DNA of 64,000 nt from Eledone cirrhosa (GCA_964016885.1 CAXHJY010001696.1:1-64000); one strand, 5' to 3'. Numbered from the stretch's first letter, positions 1-13,392 are shown. The notes: a model not told the origin generated them from the letters alone. Numbers and translations are program-made.

Positions 1-10
1 ATATAATATT

Positions 11-876
11 GTAAGATGCAGGTCGACTGATTAAAATATTGATGAAAATCAGAACGACAACACGCACACACACACACACATATAAATATACATATATATA
101 TACATATATATACACATATATATACATATATATATACATATATAAATACATATATATATACATATATATACACATATATATACATATATATACACATATA
201 TATACATATATATACATATACATATATATACACATATATATACATATATATACATATATATATACATATATATACATATATATATACATATATATACATA
301 TATATATACATATATATACATATATATATATACATATATATATATTCATATATATATACATATTTATATATATATATACATATATATACACATATTTATA
401 CACATATTTATACATATATATATACATATATATACATATATATATGTATATATATATGTATATATATGTATATATATATGTATAAATATGTGTATAAATA
501 TGTGTATATATATGTATATATATATGTATAAATATGTATATATATATGAATATATATATATGTATATATATATATGTATATATATGTATATATATATGTA
601 TATATATGTATATATATATGTATATATATGTATATATATATGTATATATATGTATATATATGTGTATATATATGTATATGTATATATATGTATATATATG
701 TGTATATATATGTATATATATGTGTATATATATGTATATATATATGTATTTATATATGTATATATATATGTATATATATGTGTATATATATGTATATATA
801 TATGTATATTTATATGTGTGTGTGTGTGTGTGCGTGTGTGTGTTTTCATCAATATTTTAATCAGTCGATGCATCTT
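11..876. repeat. Large inverted repeat (unique ~40 bp ends plus mirrored TACA/TATG microsatellite), possible fold-back artefact
   Basis: AAGATGCA..TCGACTGATTAAAATATTGATGAAAA at ~13-48 is mirrored by TTTTCATCAATATTTTAATCAGTCGATGCATCTT at 843-876. The microsatellite switches from (TACA) to (TATG) near 440. A third degraded copy lies at ~896-950. Confidence 0.8.
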
Positions 877-1335
877 CAATATATATACACATATATGTTA
901 AAGATGAGGTGCATGATAAAAATATTGATTTTGAAAATTCAGATACGCACACTCACACACACACACACACATACACTCACTCACTCTCTCACACACACAC
1001 ATACACTCACTCACACACACATACTCACTCACTCTCTCACACACACACATACACTCACTCACTCTCTCACACACACACATACACTCACTCACACACACAT
1101 ACTCACTCACTCTCTCACACACACACATACACTCACTCACTCACTCACACACACACATACACTCACTCACACACACATACACTCACTCACTCTCTCACAC
1201 ACACACATACACTCACTCACTCACACACACACACATACACTCACTCACTCTCTCACACACACACATACACTCACTCACACACACACATACTCACTCTCTC
1301 ACTCTCACTCACACTCACACACACACACACTCACT

Positions 1336-1411
<76 letters not shown>

Positions 1412-1609
1412 GTATGTATATTCAATAATTTCTCATTAACATTCCCTTATCTTCTGCTTGATTTTATTGATTCCTTCAAGAAGTTATGAATACGTATTTA
1501 TAATTCGTTAACGTTTGTTTCTGTTAAGTTTGTGGGATGTGTGTTGGGTGTGAGTGTGTGTATGTGCTTGTGGGTGCCTAAATATATATATACATAGATA
1601 GATACATTT

Positions 1610-1682
<73 letters not shown>

Positions 1683-1884
1683 TATATATATGGATAAATA
1701 GATACATATATACACACATATATATACATATATATATATATAGGAGGTGAGTTTTATTGTAGCACAATAAAGCAATGCAAATATCGGATAAGTAGCACTC
1801 TACAGTTTGTTGCACTGTAGTATATGTGTTGATTTAAAACTTCACTATTCACAACTGTTTTTTAAGCTTCATATCATGTATCCC

Positions 1885-1955
1885 TATTTTATCTGATGAA
1901 AACGCAGATATCATCCCATCATGATATTTGTTTTTGAAATGCGCATAATAAAATA
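1885..1955 (+). ncRNA. Type I hammerhead ribozyme motif (PLE-type)
   Basis: TATTTTAT-CTGATGA-[AAACGCAGATATCAT/CCCATC/ATGATATTTGTTTTT]-GAA-ATGCGCAT-A-ATAAAATA. 8-bp stem I, 15-bp stem II with one mismatch, perfectly palindromic stem III, AUA site. Confidence 0.85.
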
Positions 1956-2081
1956 CTTGGAACTCTTTTAACCATCTTTTGATCTTATATTCCCGCCGAA
2001 GTTTACTTTGCCTTTCATCGATAAAATAAAATACCAGTAATGCACTGGGTATTTTGCTGGCCTTGTGCCTAAAGTAGAAAC

Positions 2082-2133
<52 letters not shown>

Positions 2134-2193
2134 TTGAGCCCAGGCAAATTTCCTTTCAGTTATCCATCGTCTTCACTATTATCGATTACTCAC

Positions 2194-2339
2194 TAAAAGT
2201 TTGATGCATTTTTAAGAAACAATTAACCACGATCCAGTTAAAATGGTGCTTTGACTGGTTCTTCGATATAGGAAAATTTTCAATTATGTAATCTATATTT
2301 TTCCTTTTTTTCCCCTCCACATATAGAATTTTTTCTTCC
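2194..2339 (-). other. Candidate exon (146 nt) of an unidentified minus-strand gene, possibly containing the start codon
   Basis: Acceptor TTTGTTTTCAG immediately 5' and donor GTGAGTA immediately 3'. One frame is open throughout: EEKILYVEGKKRKNIDYIIENFPISKNQSKHHFNWIVVNCFLKMHQTF. No recognisable homology. Confidence 0.35.
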
Positions 2340-2370
2340 CTGAAAACAAACTATTTTAATTGCTGATAAC

Positions 2371-2480
2371 TTGTGTTGTGTTGTGTAGTGTTGTGTTGTG
2401 TTGTGTTGTGTAGTGTTGTGTTGTGTTGTGTTGTGTTGTGTTGTGTAGTGCTGTGTTGTGCTGTGTAGTGTTGTGTTGTG
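2371..2480. repeat. (GTGTT)n pentanucleotide microsatellite
   Basis: Direct inspection. Confidence 0.9.
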
Positions 2481-3343
2481 TGACGTGTATATATTATTAT
2501 TTTTTTCACTTTACTTTACGTTTTTTGACTTTGCCTTTCATCCTTACGGGGTCGATAAAATAAAGTACCAGTAATGCACTGGGTGATTGCTGGCCTTGTG
2601 CCTAAAGTAGAAACAATTATTTAGCTATACGACGAGGGCGGTGGATTGGCAGTATCGGTAGAGGGTCGGACGCCATGCTTTCCAGCATAGTTACGTCCCT
2701 TTACGATCTGAGTTCAAATCCCGCCGAGGTTGACTTTGCCTTTCATCCCGACGGGGGTCGATAAAATAAAGTACCAGTAATACACTGGGTAATTGCTGGC
2801 CTTGTGCCAAAAGTAGAAACATTAGGATAATTATTATTTAGTTTCTGGGAGGTCGGTGGATTGGCAGTGTCGGTAGAGGGTCGGACGCCATGCTTTGCAG
2901 CATAGAGTAACAGCTCTTACGGTCTGAGTTCAAATCCCGCCGAGGTTAACTTTGTCTTTTATCCTTACGGGATGCGCTAAAATAAAGTCCCAGTAATGCA
3001 CTGGGTTAATTGCTGGCTTTGTGCCTAAAGTAGAAACAATTATTTAGCTATACGACTAAAGTGTCGTCTGCATAGCACCAATAGAAATAAATGAATGCAT
3101 GCTTGAAATATCGTCTGCTGCTTAGTATATGAAAACATGAAGGAAAGAAAACAAGCGAGTGAGAGGTACGTCGATAAAATAAAGTACCAGTTATACACTG
3201 GAATAATTGCTGGCCTTGTGCCAAAAGTAGAAACAATTATATATATAGAGAGAGAGAGTGAGAGAGAAGAATTGAAGTCAGTGTTACAGCATTAACTCTG
3301 GAATACAACCCACATGAGACGGACCTCGTAACAACGTGAAGTA

Positions 3344-3396
<53 letters not shown>

Positions 3397-3538
3397 TATA
3401 AGGATAAGAAAAAAGGATTCAGTGTTGTATCATAACATATTTAAAACATATGTTTCACTATCGATCAGCTCGAGGCAAGACCTATTACAGATCGAACCTG
3501 GGTCTGTAATCGAACGCAAATATTCTTGCAACCATACA

Positions 3539-3575
<37 letters not shown>

Positions 3576-3935
3576 GCAGTAACCTGACCTCTATATCAAA
3601 ATATATCAATCGATCTATGTTAAAGAAGCGAAAGCCTAGTTCTGCTCTAATTTTCACGAATGTAAAACTACGTAGAGTTTAAAGAAAGTTAATAGAACAG
3701 ACAATGATTTTACTGATATCAGATCTTATAAAATACCTGCTGGTACCGTATTGTTGTCTTGTTCATTGTTTCACGACACAAATAACTTCATATCTATATA
3801 TAAGGCCCGCGTCTAACGCGGTTTTAAATACTGCTATTTTGAACATACCCTCGGGTCTCGAATATTCGCCCCTCTCCTCCGATTATTAATTTTCCAGTCT
3901 TTTTTTCAAACCCACCACCACTCTTATGTGTGTGA

Positions 3936-3995
<60 letters not shown>

Positions 3996-4799
3996 TCACA
4001 CTCACACTCACACATACGCCAATGTGAGCTGGCTTACGTATGTAAAACTACGAACACGTACTTAACTAGGATCTGAAAGTAACTTTACATGATCTGAGAA
4101 AACAACAACGGTGAAATTTTAATATGTGTAAGCGATAAGAGATATGTGCTTGTTATTATGAACAAGTAGAAATATATTAGGCAAACAACAGCCAACAATA
4201 TACTGCATGATAACAGCAAATTAGACAAAATTAACTCAGATAAAACTGCACAAGTCAACATTTAAACTTAATAAACTAATTACACCTGTTAATGTTTAAA
4301 TAAGATTTATTCCTTCCCGATAGAGACTGAAAAATAAACTGTAACCCTTCATAGACCTATTCCAGTGTAAAACCTCACAGAGAGAATAACCCCAACACAT
4401 CCCACATCTGATATATAATCTCCTTGCTCAACATGACTCATAGAAAAACGAAACATGAAGAAATAATCATAAAAAAGAGTTCACCAACGAGGTTTTGTTG
4501 GTCGGATAAATTAGTTAGAAAATCTACAAGAAACCACTTTAACAATTTTTTTATCACAATAGACAATTACAGCATGCTGGAAAGATACTGCCACAAACAA
4601 CTTCAAGCTTTCTAAAGACGTGTGATAAATAATTATGTATTGCATATGATTGAACAATATATTGTAGTCGGCAGATGTAGACTGTTAAAATAGACACAGA
4701 ACATATGTTAAAGCCAGCAAATTCTTTCTCTCTTTTCTCGCTGAAGTCTATATTTTTCTTGAAGCAATATTTGCAGATATTTTACATATATATAATATA

Positions 4800-4941
4800 G
4801 ATCTCGTGTTAAATCGTGGGTAACGACAGTTAAAAAGGTACTCAATACATGCGTAGAGTGTAAACTGTATCGTTCCTATGAAATCATCAGGAATTCCTGA
4901 TGATTTCATACAGAAACAGTTCCTGTCCAGTAGAAGCCATT
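4800..4941. mobile_element. PLE-like fold-back remnant, family B (degenerate HHR)
   Basis: TATGAAATCATCAG-GAATTC-CTGATGATTTCATA palindrome followed by GAAACAG..GTAGAAGCC. Homologous to 29085-29277. Confidence 0.7.
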
Positions 4942-4944
4942 TAT

Positions 4945-5018
<74 letters not shown>

Positions 5019-5128
5019 ACTTACAAGGACATTGGGTTATTAAAATTATACCAACCACCAGTGAAGTCATTCTTTTCTTTTTTCAAATCTATCTTACTGT
5101 ATTAAGGATTATCCTCATTTTCCACTAA

Positions 5129-5200
<72 letters not shown>

Positions 5201-5364
5201 GTCCCAAGGCTCTGATACCATCAACACTATAAACACAGAGCTGGCATATCTAAGAACTGACTAACTGCCTGATGAGGTCATAGCCATTCAATGGCTATCA
5301 TCGAAATATATATAACAGTAAATAAACGATTATGAGTTCATGCAATTGACTTATGTTTCGTCAC
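5201..5364 (+). mobile_element. 164-bp HHR-bearing element, family G, in (TA)n (HHR at 5264-5319)
   Basis: Near-identical to 30721-30884 with the same boundaries. ACTGC-CTGATGA-stem II-GAA-ATATATAT-A-ACAGT (one stem I mismatch). Confidence 0.85.
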
Positions 5365-5387
5365 TATATATATATATATATATATAT

Positions 5388-5581
5388 AGGAACGAGTAGG
5401 ACCCCGACGGCTGAGCTCAAGCCGTTTCGACGGCTAATTCTGGACTCAGAATTAGCCGTCGAAACGGCTTGAGCTCAGCCGTCGGGGTCCTACTCGTTCC
5501 TATTACCCACTCTACTACCCTAAGTATTGAGTACTTTGGTGCGTTATGGTCCACCTGGTTCCTTACCACATTTCCTTCGTT
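5388..5581 (+). mobile_element. PLE-like fold-back element, family A (~55-bp arms plus ~80-bp tail)
   Basis: Near-perfect inverted arms. The right arm carries an HHR 3' half, GAA-ACGGCTTGAGCTCAGCCGT-C-GGGGTCC. Flanked by (TA)n; 8 copies in the window. Confidence 0.85.
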
Positions 5582-5656
5582 ATATATATATATATATTAT
5601 TGAGTAAAATGACAGGAGGCTGGACTGGTGAAATTCCTCTAAAGATTTATTATACC

Positions 5657-5718
5657 AAACACTATGTATATTTCAGTGGCCAAGTTCCGTCAGATCCTAG
5701 TGACATCGTCAGGTGTTT
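5657..5718 (-). ncRNA. Type I hammerhead ribozyme motif
   Basis: Minus strand reads AAACAC-CTGACGA-TGTCACTAGG..CTTGGCCACT-GAA-ATATACAT-A-GTGTTT. It lies in a ~150-bp island between (TA)n tracts. Confidence 0.8.
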
Positions 5719-5752
5719 ATTGATCCAGTAGTGAGTCACCAAACTTAAATGA

Positions 5753-5790
<38 letters not shown>

Positions 5791-5915
5791 CTGTGTGTGG
5801 AGAAATCAGTAATTGTATAGTGTACGTTCATAAATATAGGATTTCTTGAAATATTCTTTTATTCTCAAATATAAATATTCTTTAATGAAAAAAAAATTAT
5901 TATTAGAGTCTCTAG

Positions 5916-6310
5916 AGGGCGGTGGATTGGCAGTATCGGTAGAGGGTCGGACGCCATGTTTTGCAGCATAGAGTTACGCCCCTTTACAGTCTAAGTTCAA
6001 ATCCCGCCGAGGTTAACTTTGCCTTTCATCCTTACGAGATCGATAAAATAAAGTACCAGTCACGCACTGGGGTCGATTTAATCGACATTCCCCTCCCCCA
6101 AAATTGCTGGTCTTGTGCCTATATAAGAAACCATTATTAGAGTCTCTAGGGTTGGACGCCATGCTTTCTAGCATAGTTACGTCCCTTTACAGTCTGAGTT
6201 CAAATCCCGCCGAGGTTAACTTTGCCTTTCATCCTTACGAGATCGATAAATAATTATCCAGTAATGTACTGGATAATTTGCTGGCCTTGTGCCTAAAGTA
6301 GAAACAATTA
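5916..6310 (+). mobile_element. Two tandem tRNA-derived SINE copies (long form 5916-6135, short form 6149-6310)
   Basis: Same A/B boxes and central domain as 2636-2822. The long form has an extra GGTCGATTTAATCGAC..CCCCTCCCCCAAAA segment. Confidence 0.85.
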
Positions 6311-6729
6311 TTATAGTCTCTAGCTGCTGTTCGATATGGATCACTTACAATAAAATTTCACCGGAGATAGATTAGCATAATTTATTAAGCGGGGGCGCGG
6401 TGGTGGTGGTGGTGGTGGTGGGGGGTGTTGTAAAAAAACTGAAATCTTTAATAATAGTACATGGGTAAAGCTGAAAACAAAACTATTTCCTCCAAAATAA
6501 CAACATATCATGTTGTTATTTTGGGGTGGAAAACATGAATAACGATAAATAACAGAAATAAAATGCACTCTGGTTATGGAATGGATAAATACGTCATTAA
6601 AATCTCGTTAAGCAGAAAAGTATCGTATTTTCTCGTTGGTCAATCATGCATTTACAACAAGGAGCCATTAAAGCGCATTAAACTACAGAACAGGAAACAA
6701 AACGAGATAGAGAAGAAAAATACTTGTAG

Positions 6730-7250
6730 ATACCACCACCATAATGTATAGGATCCACCACTACCACCACCTCCACCACCTCCACCACCATAGTGTATAG
6801 AATTCCACCACCACCGCCACTATCACTACTACAAATACTACCACCACTACCATAGTGTATAGAATTCCACCACTACTACCACCACTACTACTACTACCAC
6901 CACCTCCACCACTACTACTACCACCACCACCACTAACATAGTGTATAGAATTCCACGACCACCGCCACCACTACCACTATCACCATCACTACCACCACTA
7001 ACATAGTGTATAGAATTCCACCACCATCGCCACTACCGCCACTACTACCACTACCACCACTACTACCACTACCACCACCTCCACCACTACCACCATCACT
7101 ACCACCACTAACATAGTGTATAGAATTCCACCACCATCGCCACTACCGCCACTACTACCACCACCGCCACTACCACCACTACTACCACTACCACCACCTC
7201 CACCACTACCACTACCTCCACCACCACCACCACCACCACCACCACCACAT
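6730..7250. repeat. (ACC/ACT)n-based minisatellite punctuated by CATAGTGTATAGAATTCCA
   Basis: The motif recurs about 5 times between trinucleotide runs. Confidence 0.85.
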
Positions 7251-7760
7251 CCTAGAAGATTAACTATACAATCTTTATTAATAGTGAAATACAAAAACTC
7301 AAGCTCAACACACAGATAGACATTTTCTTTTTTAAAAGCCGGCGATGAAAATTCTGCCGGATTTCATTTTGTTCTTATAATCATTCGCTGCCTTCAGCAA
7401 AATCCGGCAACAATCTGGCGTTACTATAATTTGATTCAGATAAGGAGGCAGAAAAAAAGTCTCGAAGCATTAATGAACTGAGGAAGGGTATTGTTCGAAA
7501 CTAATCTTATAGAAGTAATCTTATCAAAATTCTTTAATAAGAGAAGCATCTGGAAAGAAACTGTGCCGTGAGTGTAAACATGAGTGAGGAAATGCTAGGA
7601 AGATGGTAGAAGAATTCTAGAGATCCAGATGTCGGTTTGCCTTATGTAACTGTATTTCTGTGACATTTTTTTGCCGATACTATATATATATATATGTATA
7701 TATATGTATATATATATGTATATATATATGTATATATATATATATATGTATATATATATG

Positions 7761-7861
<101 letters not shown>

Positions 7862-7896
7862 GTATATATATATATATATGTATATATATATACATG

Positions 7897-7931
<35 letters not shown>

Positions 7932-8995
7932 GTATATATTTATATATATATAAGCCATCATATCATAAAGTAACGACTATGTTAAAGTTTAATCTTCTAC
8001 TTAATGAATTTTTCCTATTTCCTCATCAATTCTTTATATTTAGTTTTGGATCAGCAACAATACACCCCCGCCACCACCACCACCACGATGACGACAATCA
8101 TCATCATCATCACCATTATACTCCTCCTCCACCACCACCACCACCACCACCTCCACCTCCTCCTCATCATCATCATCATCGTTATTTAATGTAATTTAAT
8201 CAGTAACAATTAACATATCAATATATATTTCAATTTAAACTATATTCTCTCTCTTACTCTCTGTCCTTCTCCCCCCCCCTATCTTTATGTCGCTCCCTCC
8301 CACTTCTTCTCTCTACCCACTTCTTCCTCTCTCTCCCCCTCCTCTCTCTCTCTTTCCTCTCTCTCTCTCCTCTCCTCTCTCTCCTCTCTCTCTTTCCTCT
8401 CTCTCTCTCTCTTTCCTCTCTCTCTCTCTTTCCTCCCCCTCTCTCCCCCTCTCTCTCCCCCCTCTCTCTCCCCCCTCTCTCTCCCCCCTCTCTCTCCCCC
8501 CTCTCTCTCTTTCCTCTCTCTTTCCTCTCTCTCTTTCCTCTCTCTCACCTCTCTCTCTCTCACCTCTTTCTCTTTCCTCTCTCACCTCTCTCTCTCTTTC
8601 CTCTCTCTCTTTCCCCTTCCTCTCTCTCTTTCCTCTCTCTCTCTCTTTCTTCTCTCTCTCTCTCTCTTTCCTCTCTCTCTCTCTCTTTCCTCTCTCTCTC
8701 CTCTCTCTCTCTCTCTCTCCTCTCTCTGCCTTTTCCTTCACACATCCTTTCTCCATCTCTCTCTCTTCTTTATCGATCTCCTCCCTAATGTTCTCTATAC
8801 CTCCATCCCACGGCTTCTCCATCTCTCATGTCCCCTCCCACCGCCACCCCCCCCCCCCTCAGCCCCACCCTATCCCATATTCCACTATTCTCCAATTCTA
8901 CACCAATAATCTGTAACTATTCGACTTAAACGATTATTTACACAGTCACATTTCCTCTTCTTCTCAATTACCATTCTCAATTTCCCCCGAACATC

Positions 8996-9030
<35 letters not shown>

Positions 9031-9210
9031 GGGAGGGAAGGGGATTGGAAGTATCGGGAGAAGGTCGGCATGGAGTTACAGGCCGTTACGATCTGAGTTC
9101 GAATCCCACCGAGGTTAACTTTGCCTTTCATCCTTCCGGGGTCGATAAAATAAAGTACCAGTAATACACTGGGATATTTGCTGGCCTTGTGCCAAAAGTA
9201 GAAACAATTA
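9031..9210 (+). mobile_element. tRNA-derived SINE copy
   Basis: B box GAGTTCGAATCC, central domain, flanked by (TTA)n. A further 3' half lies at 9885-9990. Confidence 0.85.
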
Positions 9211-9256
9211 TTATTATTATTAATAATAAAAATATTTACACACACAAAACCCACAT

Positions 9257-9830
9257 TGTACCCTCCTGTACCCTCCTGTACCCTCCTGTACCCTCCTGTA
9301 CCGTCCTATACCCTCCTGTACCCTCCTATACCCTCCTGTACCGTCCTATACCCTCCTGTACCCTCCTATACCCTCCTGTACCGTCCTGTACCCTCCTGTA
9401 CCCTCCTGTACCGTCCTGTACCGTCCTGTACCGTCCTGTACCGTCCTGTACCCTCCTGTACCGTCCTATACCCTCCTGTACCCTCCTGTACCGTCCTGTA
9501 CCCTCCTGTACCGTCCTGTACCCTCCTGTACCCTCCTGTACCGTCCTATACCCTCCTGTACCCTCCTGTACCGTCCTGTACCCTCCTGTACCGTCCTGTA
9601 CCCTCCTGTACCGTCCTATACCCTCCTGTACCCTCCTGTACCGTCCTGTACCCTCCTGTACCCTCCTGTACCCTCCTGTACCGTCCTGTACCCTCCTGTA
9701 CCGTCCTGTACCCTCCTGTACCGTCCTATACCCTCCTGTACCCTCCTGTACCCTCCTGTACCGTCCTGTACCCTCCTGTACCGTCCTGTACCCTCCTGTA
9801 CCGTCCTGTACCCTCCTGTACCCTCATGTA
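9257..9830. repeat. 10-bp minisatellite (CC[C/G]TCCT[G/A]TA)n
   Basis: About 57 units in exact register with two variable positions. Confidence 0.95.
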
Positions 9831-9987
9831 CAGTCTGCAATGTTTTTATTGATGTCAGCCCTTGTGGCCAATAAAGAAATCATTATCCCGCCGAGGTTAA
9901 CTTTGCCTTCCATCCTTCCGGGGTCGATAGAATAAAGTACCAGTAATGCACTGGGTAATTGCTGGCCTTGTGCCAAAAGTAGAAACA

Positions 9988-10017
<30 letters not shown>

Positions 10018-10019
<2 letters not shown>

Positions 10020-10170
10020 GAGCAAGATGAAGGTGGGGAGAGATGTGCTGCCTTGGAAGCAATTTGTTGAAAGGTGTGAGAGGGGGGGGGGGGCGAGCAT
10101 GCCCCGAGTGAATGGACCTGCTTTCAGGTTGAAGGAGGACACTTGGGAGCGGGCACTGGCCCCGGCGGTC
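10018..10170 (+). mobile_element. Old fragment of Tx1/L1-type LINE ORF2 C-terminus
   Basis: KMKVGRDVLPWKQFVERC..SMPRVNGP aligns by eye with RIRMEREVLYPSKFYERWVKVVRMAPVNGP at 33046-33420. Confidence 0.5.
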
Positions 10171-10924
10171 AGTAAGTTACGAGTAGTAGTATATTAATCA
10201 TCATCATCATCATCATCATGACTATCACCACTGTCGTCGGCATCAGCAATATCATCATTGGAAACATCATCATCACACCCACGACCAACAGCACCGTCAT
10301 AATCATCATCATCATCATCATCATCACACCCATCAGCACCACCAACACTATCATCACCAACATCATCATCATCATCATCATCATTGGAAACATCATCATC
10401 ATCATCACACCCATCAGCACCACCAACAACAACAGCCCAATATAACCATCATCATCATCACCAACACCATCATCACCACCATCATCACCGCCATCACCGA
10501 CACTATCAATCACCATCATCATCATCATGACTATCATCACCGATGCTATCATCACCATCATCACCACCATCACCGACGCTATCGCCATCATCATCACTAT
10601 CATCACCGCCATCACCGACGCTATCATCATCATCATCATCATCATCATCATTCCTGAAAATATCGATCAATTCTAATTATTCACAGATTCCTTAATTTTT
10701 GTTTTCCGCTAAAACGATTTGCCCTTTTCCCACGGAAATCCCTACCAACCCCAGCACTCCAACCCACCGACCCGAACCCTTTCAAACCCAACCCCAGGGT
10801 GTTTGTGTGTGAGAACAAGGCCTACTCAATCCTAGTTTAATCGAACAATTTAACAACTACTTGTAATGAGATTCAGTTTAAACTGTAACACCAAATATCA
10901 TTATATATATATATATATATATAT

Positions 10925-11050
10925 AGGAACGAGTAGGACCCGACGGCTGAGCTCAAGCCGTTTCGACGGCTAATTCTGGACTCTACTACCCTAAGTATTG
11001 AGTACTTTGGTGCGTTATGGTCCACCTGGTTCCTTACCACATTTCCTTCG

Positions 11051-11052
<2 letters not shown>
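10925..11052 (+). mobile_element. PLE-like family A copy with internal deletion
   Basis: Left arm joined directly to the tail. Same outer ends as 5388-5581; (TA)n flanks. Confidence 0.85.
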
Positions 11053-11109
<57 letters not shown>

Positions 11110-11147
11110 ATATTAATAAATGGAAACTATATTTATAAAACCATATT

Positions 11148-11213
11148 TATTTTATTATACATATTTCAAGGGCAACCAAGGCAAATTATGGTGCGCTTTC
11201 ATCAGATAAAATA
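11148..11213 (-). ncRNA. Type I hammerhead ribozyme motif
   Basis: Minus strand reads TATTTTAT-CTGATGA-AAGCGCACCA..TGGTTGCCCTT-GAA-ATATGTAT-A-ATAAAATA. The downstream tail is homologous to 52254-52292. Confidence 0.8.
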
Positions 11214-11309
11214 CGGATTTGTTTTATAAATAAATATTGACATACCCGGAAAGAAAACAACCTTAACGGTTGGAGTTTCCTGGATAGTGGAGATAGTAAA
11301 TATAACCTC

Positions 11310-11396
<87 letters not shown>

Positions 11397-11801
11397 CGCG
11401 GGCTCAATCGGGAGCAATCAAAGTAAGCAAGGTACTTACTATGTATATATATGTGTAAGCTCATTTCTCATTGGCTCTTCTATAGATTTGCAAGGGAAAG
11501 AACTCCTACTGGAAAGTTCTAGTCTGTTCTTTCATTTTTTTTTTAAATAGATAATTAGAAACCGGCATATCACTTTTTTCCTGTAGTTTTAATATATATA
11601 TATTAATAAATAAAATGTCAGCCTTCATTATTTGTATATACGCAGACACCTCTCTCGGAAATTTCGTTTCCTTTGGCAGTTCCAAGTATTTCAGAGAATA
11701 GCATTATATAATGTCACTCTTTATACTATTTGCACCAATGAAGGAAACGAAATATCCGAAACTGTGCTGTCTGCGAATATTTGGATAGTGAATGCTAACG
11801 C

Positions 11802-11850
<49 letters not shown>

Positions 11851-11854
11851 GTTG

Positions 11855-12049
11855 TTCTTTGAGTCTCAGTCATTGATGTTAGTTAACTGGAAAGTTTGTT
11901 GAAATGAATATCAAGCCACTACATGCAGCCTCAGATATTCAGGACGTACTGGAGGGTTCTTGCTGTTCCCACCAAGCATGCCTTTTGAAGCGTTCCAAAA
12001 AGCGTGGCGGGGCCAATTTTCTTTAACCATCCCTGGAAACTTTTTGAGA

Positions 12050-12050
<1 letters not shown>
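11855..12050 (-). mobile_element. 5'-truncated Dong/R4-type LINE 3' end in (TAA)n
   Basis: Minus frame ..LQKACLVGTARTLQYVLNI*. Paralogous to 12111-12378; (TTA)n on both sides. Confidence 0.75.
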
Positions 12051-12110
<60 letters not shown>

Positions 12111-12111
<1 letters not shown>

Positions 12112-12378
12112 TTGGAGTCTCAGTCATTGATTTTATTTAACCGGAATAATTACTGTAATGAACATCAAGCTGCTACCTGCAGCCTCAGATATTCAGGACG
12201 TATCGGAGGGTTCTTGCTGTTTCCAGCAAGCATGCCCTTTGAAGTGATCAAAAATAAAGGGTGTTGGACTAATGTTCTTTAATCATTCTTGGAAACTCTG
12301 CGAGATAGTACCTAGAGCTCCTATCACAATCGGAACGACCTTGATCTCATGACAGTCCCAAATCCTTTTTATTCCTAC
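12111..12378 (-). mobile_element. 5'-truncated Dong/R4-type LINE 3' end (restriction-like endonuclease C-terminus, disrupted)
   Basis: Minus translation IKRIWDCHEIKVVPIVIGALGTISQSFQE*..(frameshift)..LQRACLLETARTLRYVLNI*. VVPIVIGALG and LLxTARxLR are typical of R4-clade RLE ends. (TTA)n flanks. Confidence 0.8.
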
Positions 12379-12495
12379 TTATTATTATTATCATAATTAT
12401 TATTATTACAAAAGCTAAATAGATAAAGTGTTTTTTGCATAGCTGCAGGTTTATCTATAAACATACCGTGTTTCTTTAGAAATACGAAATTTCTA

Positions 12496-12697
<202 letters not shown>

Positions 12698-12710
12698 CAA
12701 TATATAGAAA

Positions 12711-12761
12711 GGCTTCTACAGGACTAAAACTGTTTCATTCGGGAGAAATCATCAGGAAGCC
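12711..12761 (-). ncRNA. Type I hammerhead ribozyme motif, family B (element ~12703-12805)
   Basis: Minus strand reads GGCTTC-CTGATGA-TTTCTCCCGAAT-GAA-ACAGTTTTAGTCCTGT-A-GAAGCC. GUA site. Confidence 0.8.
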
Positions 12762-13211
12762 CTATTGAGTAACTTACTTACTGTGGTTACGTGGGATAAA
12801 CTTATATAATATATATATATATATATAAAACTTTAATAGGTTCCGGTCAGTATATAAATACGCCCACTACACACACATATATACATACATGATCATGCGC
12901 ATAATGGAATACTCCATGAGTTACATGCAAATTAGCTGTAAAGTGTTAAACTCATGTAAAACATAATCTTTATTTCAAACTTCCAAACAAACAAACTAAC
13001 ATATACGCAGCTGATATAATATGAAGTTGTTCACTAACCATAGAAATGTGTCAAAGAGCCTGTTATTCTTCATAGAATGGTCGCCGGAAATGACTCCATC
13101 TTACAATGGAGTAAATGTGAAGTACGTCACAGAGAAGCTCTTCAAATGTATTGAACAACAAAACAGCTGTGACAGAGAATGTCTTGTCACAATTGTTTCA
13201 CACATTGAGGA

Positions 13212-13219
13212 TGACGTCA
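13212..13219. promoter_or_regulatory. Perfect CRE palindrome (CREB/ATF site candidate)
   Basis: aTGACGTCAt in a ~400-bp unique island that also contains TACGTCA and CCGGAAA. Confidence 0.45.
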
Positions 13220-13356
13220 TAGCGAGCAGGAGCTCAAACGGTGTCTCTGAGCTTCTCTGTCAGTCTGTCTGTCTGTCTGTATGTCTCCCTCTCACTCTCC
13301 CTCACACAGACTTACAGGCTCACACATGCTCTCTCTTTCTCGCGCACACATACACA

Positions 13357-13392
<36 letters not shown>

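Larger units (their letters stand above)
1991..3240 (+). mobile_element. Cluster of 5 tRNA-derived SINE copies/fragments (1991-2085, 2526-2620, 2636-2822, 2848-3045, 3170-3240)
   Basis: A box TGGCAGTATCGG and B box GAGTTCAAATCC. Central ACTTTGCCTTTCATCCTTACGGGGTCGATAAAATAAAGTACCAG resembles the MetaSINE-type conserved domain (recalled). 3' end GCTGGCCTTGTGCCTAAAGTAGAAAC plus ATT tail. Many copies in the window. Confidence 0.85.

Noticed and set aside
2636-2725. tRNA gene-like A/B boxes (also 16375-16435 minus)
   Set aside because: These are SINE heads or remnants with no cloverleaf or anticodon arm.
7478-7510. CTGAGGA-AGGGTATTGTTC-GAAAC hammerhead-like string
   Set aside because: Stems I and III are poor and there is no (TA)n context or second copy. 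Could be chance or a very old remnant.
7640-7682. Possible Tc1/mariner TIR end next to (TA)n
   Set aside because: No partner TIR or transposase remnant was found.
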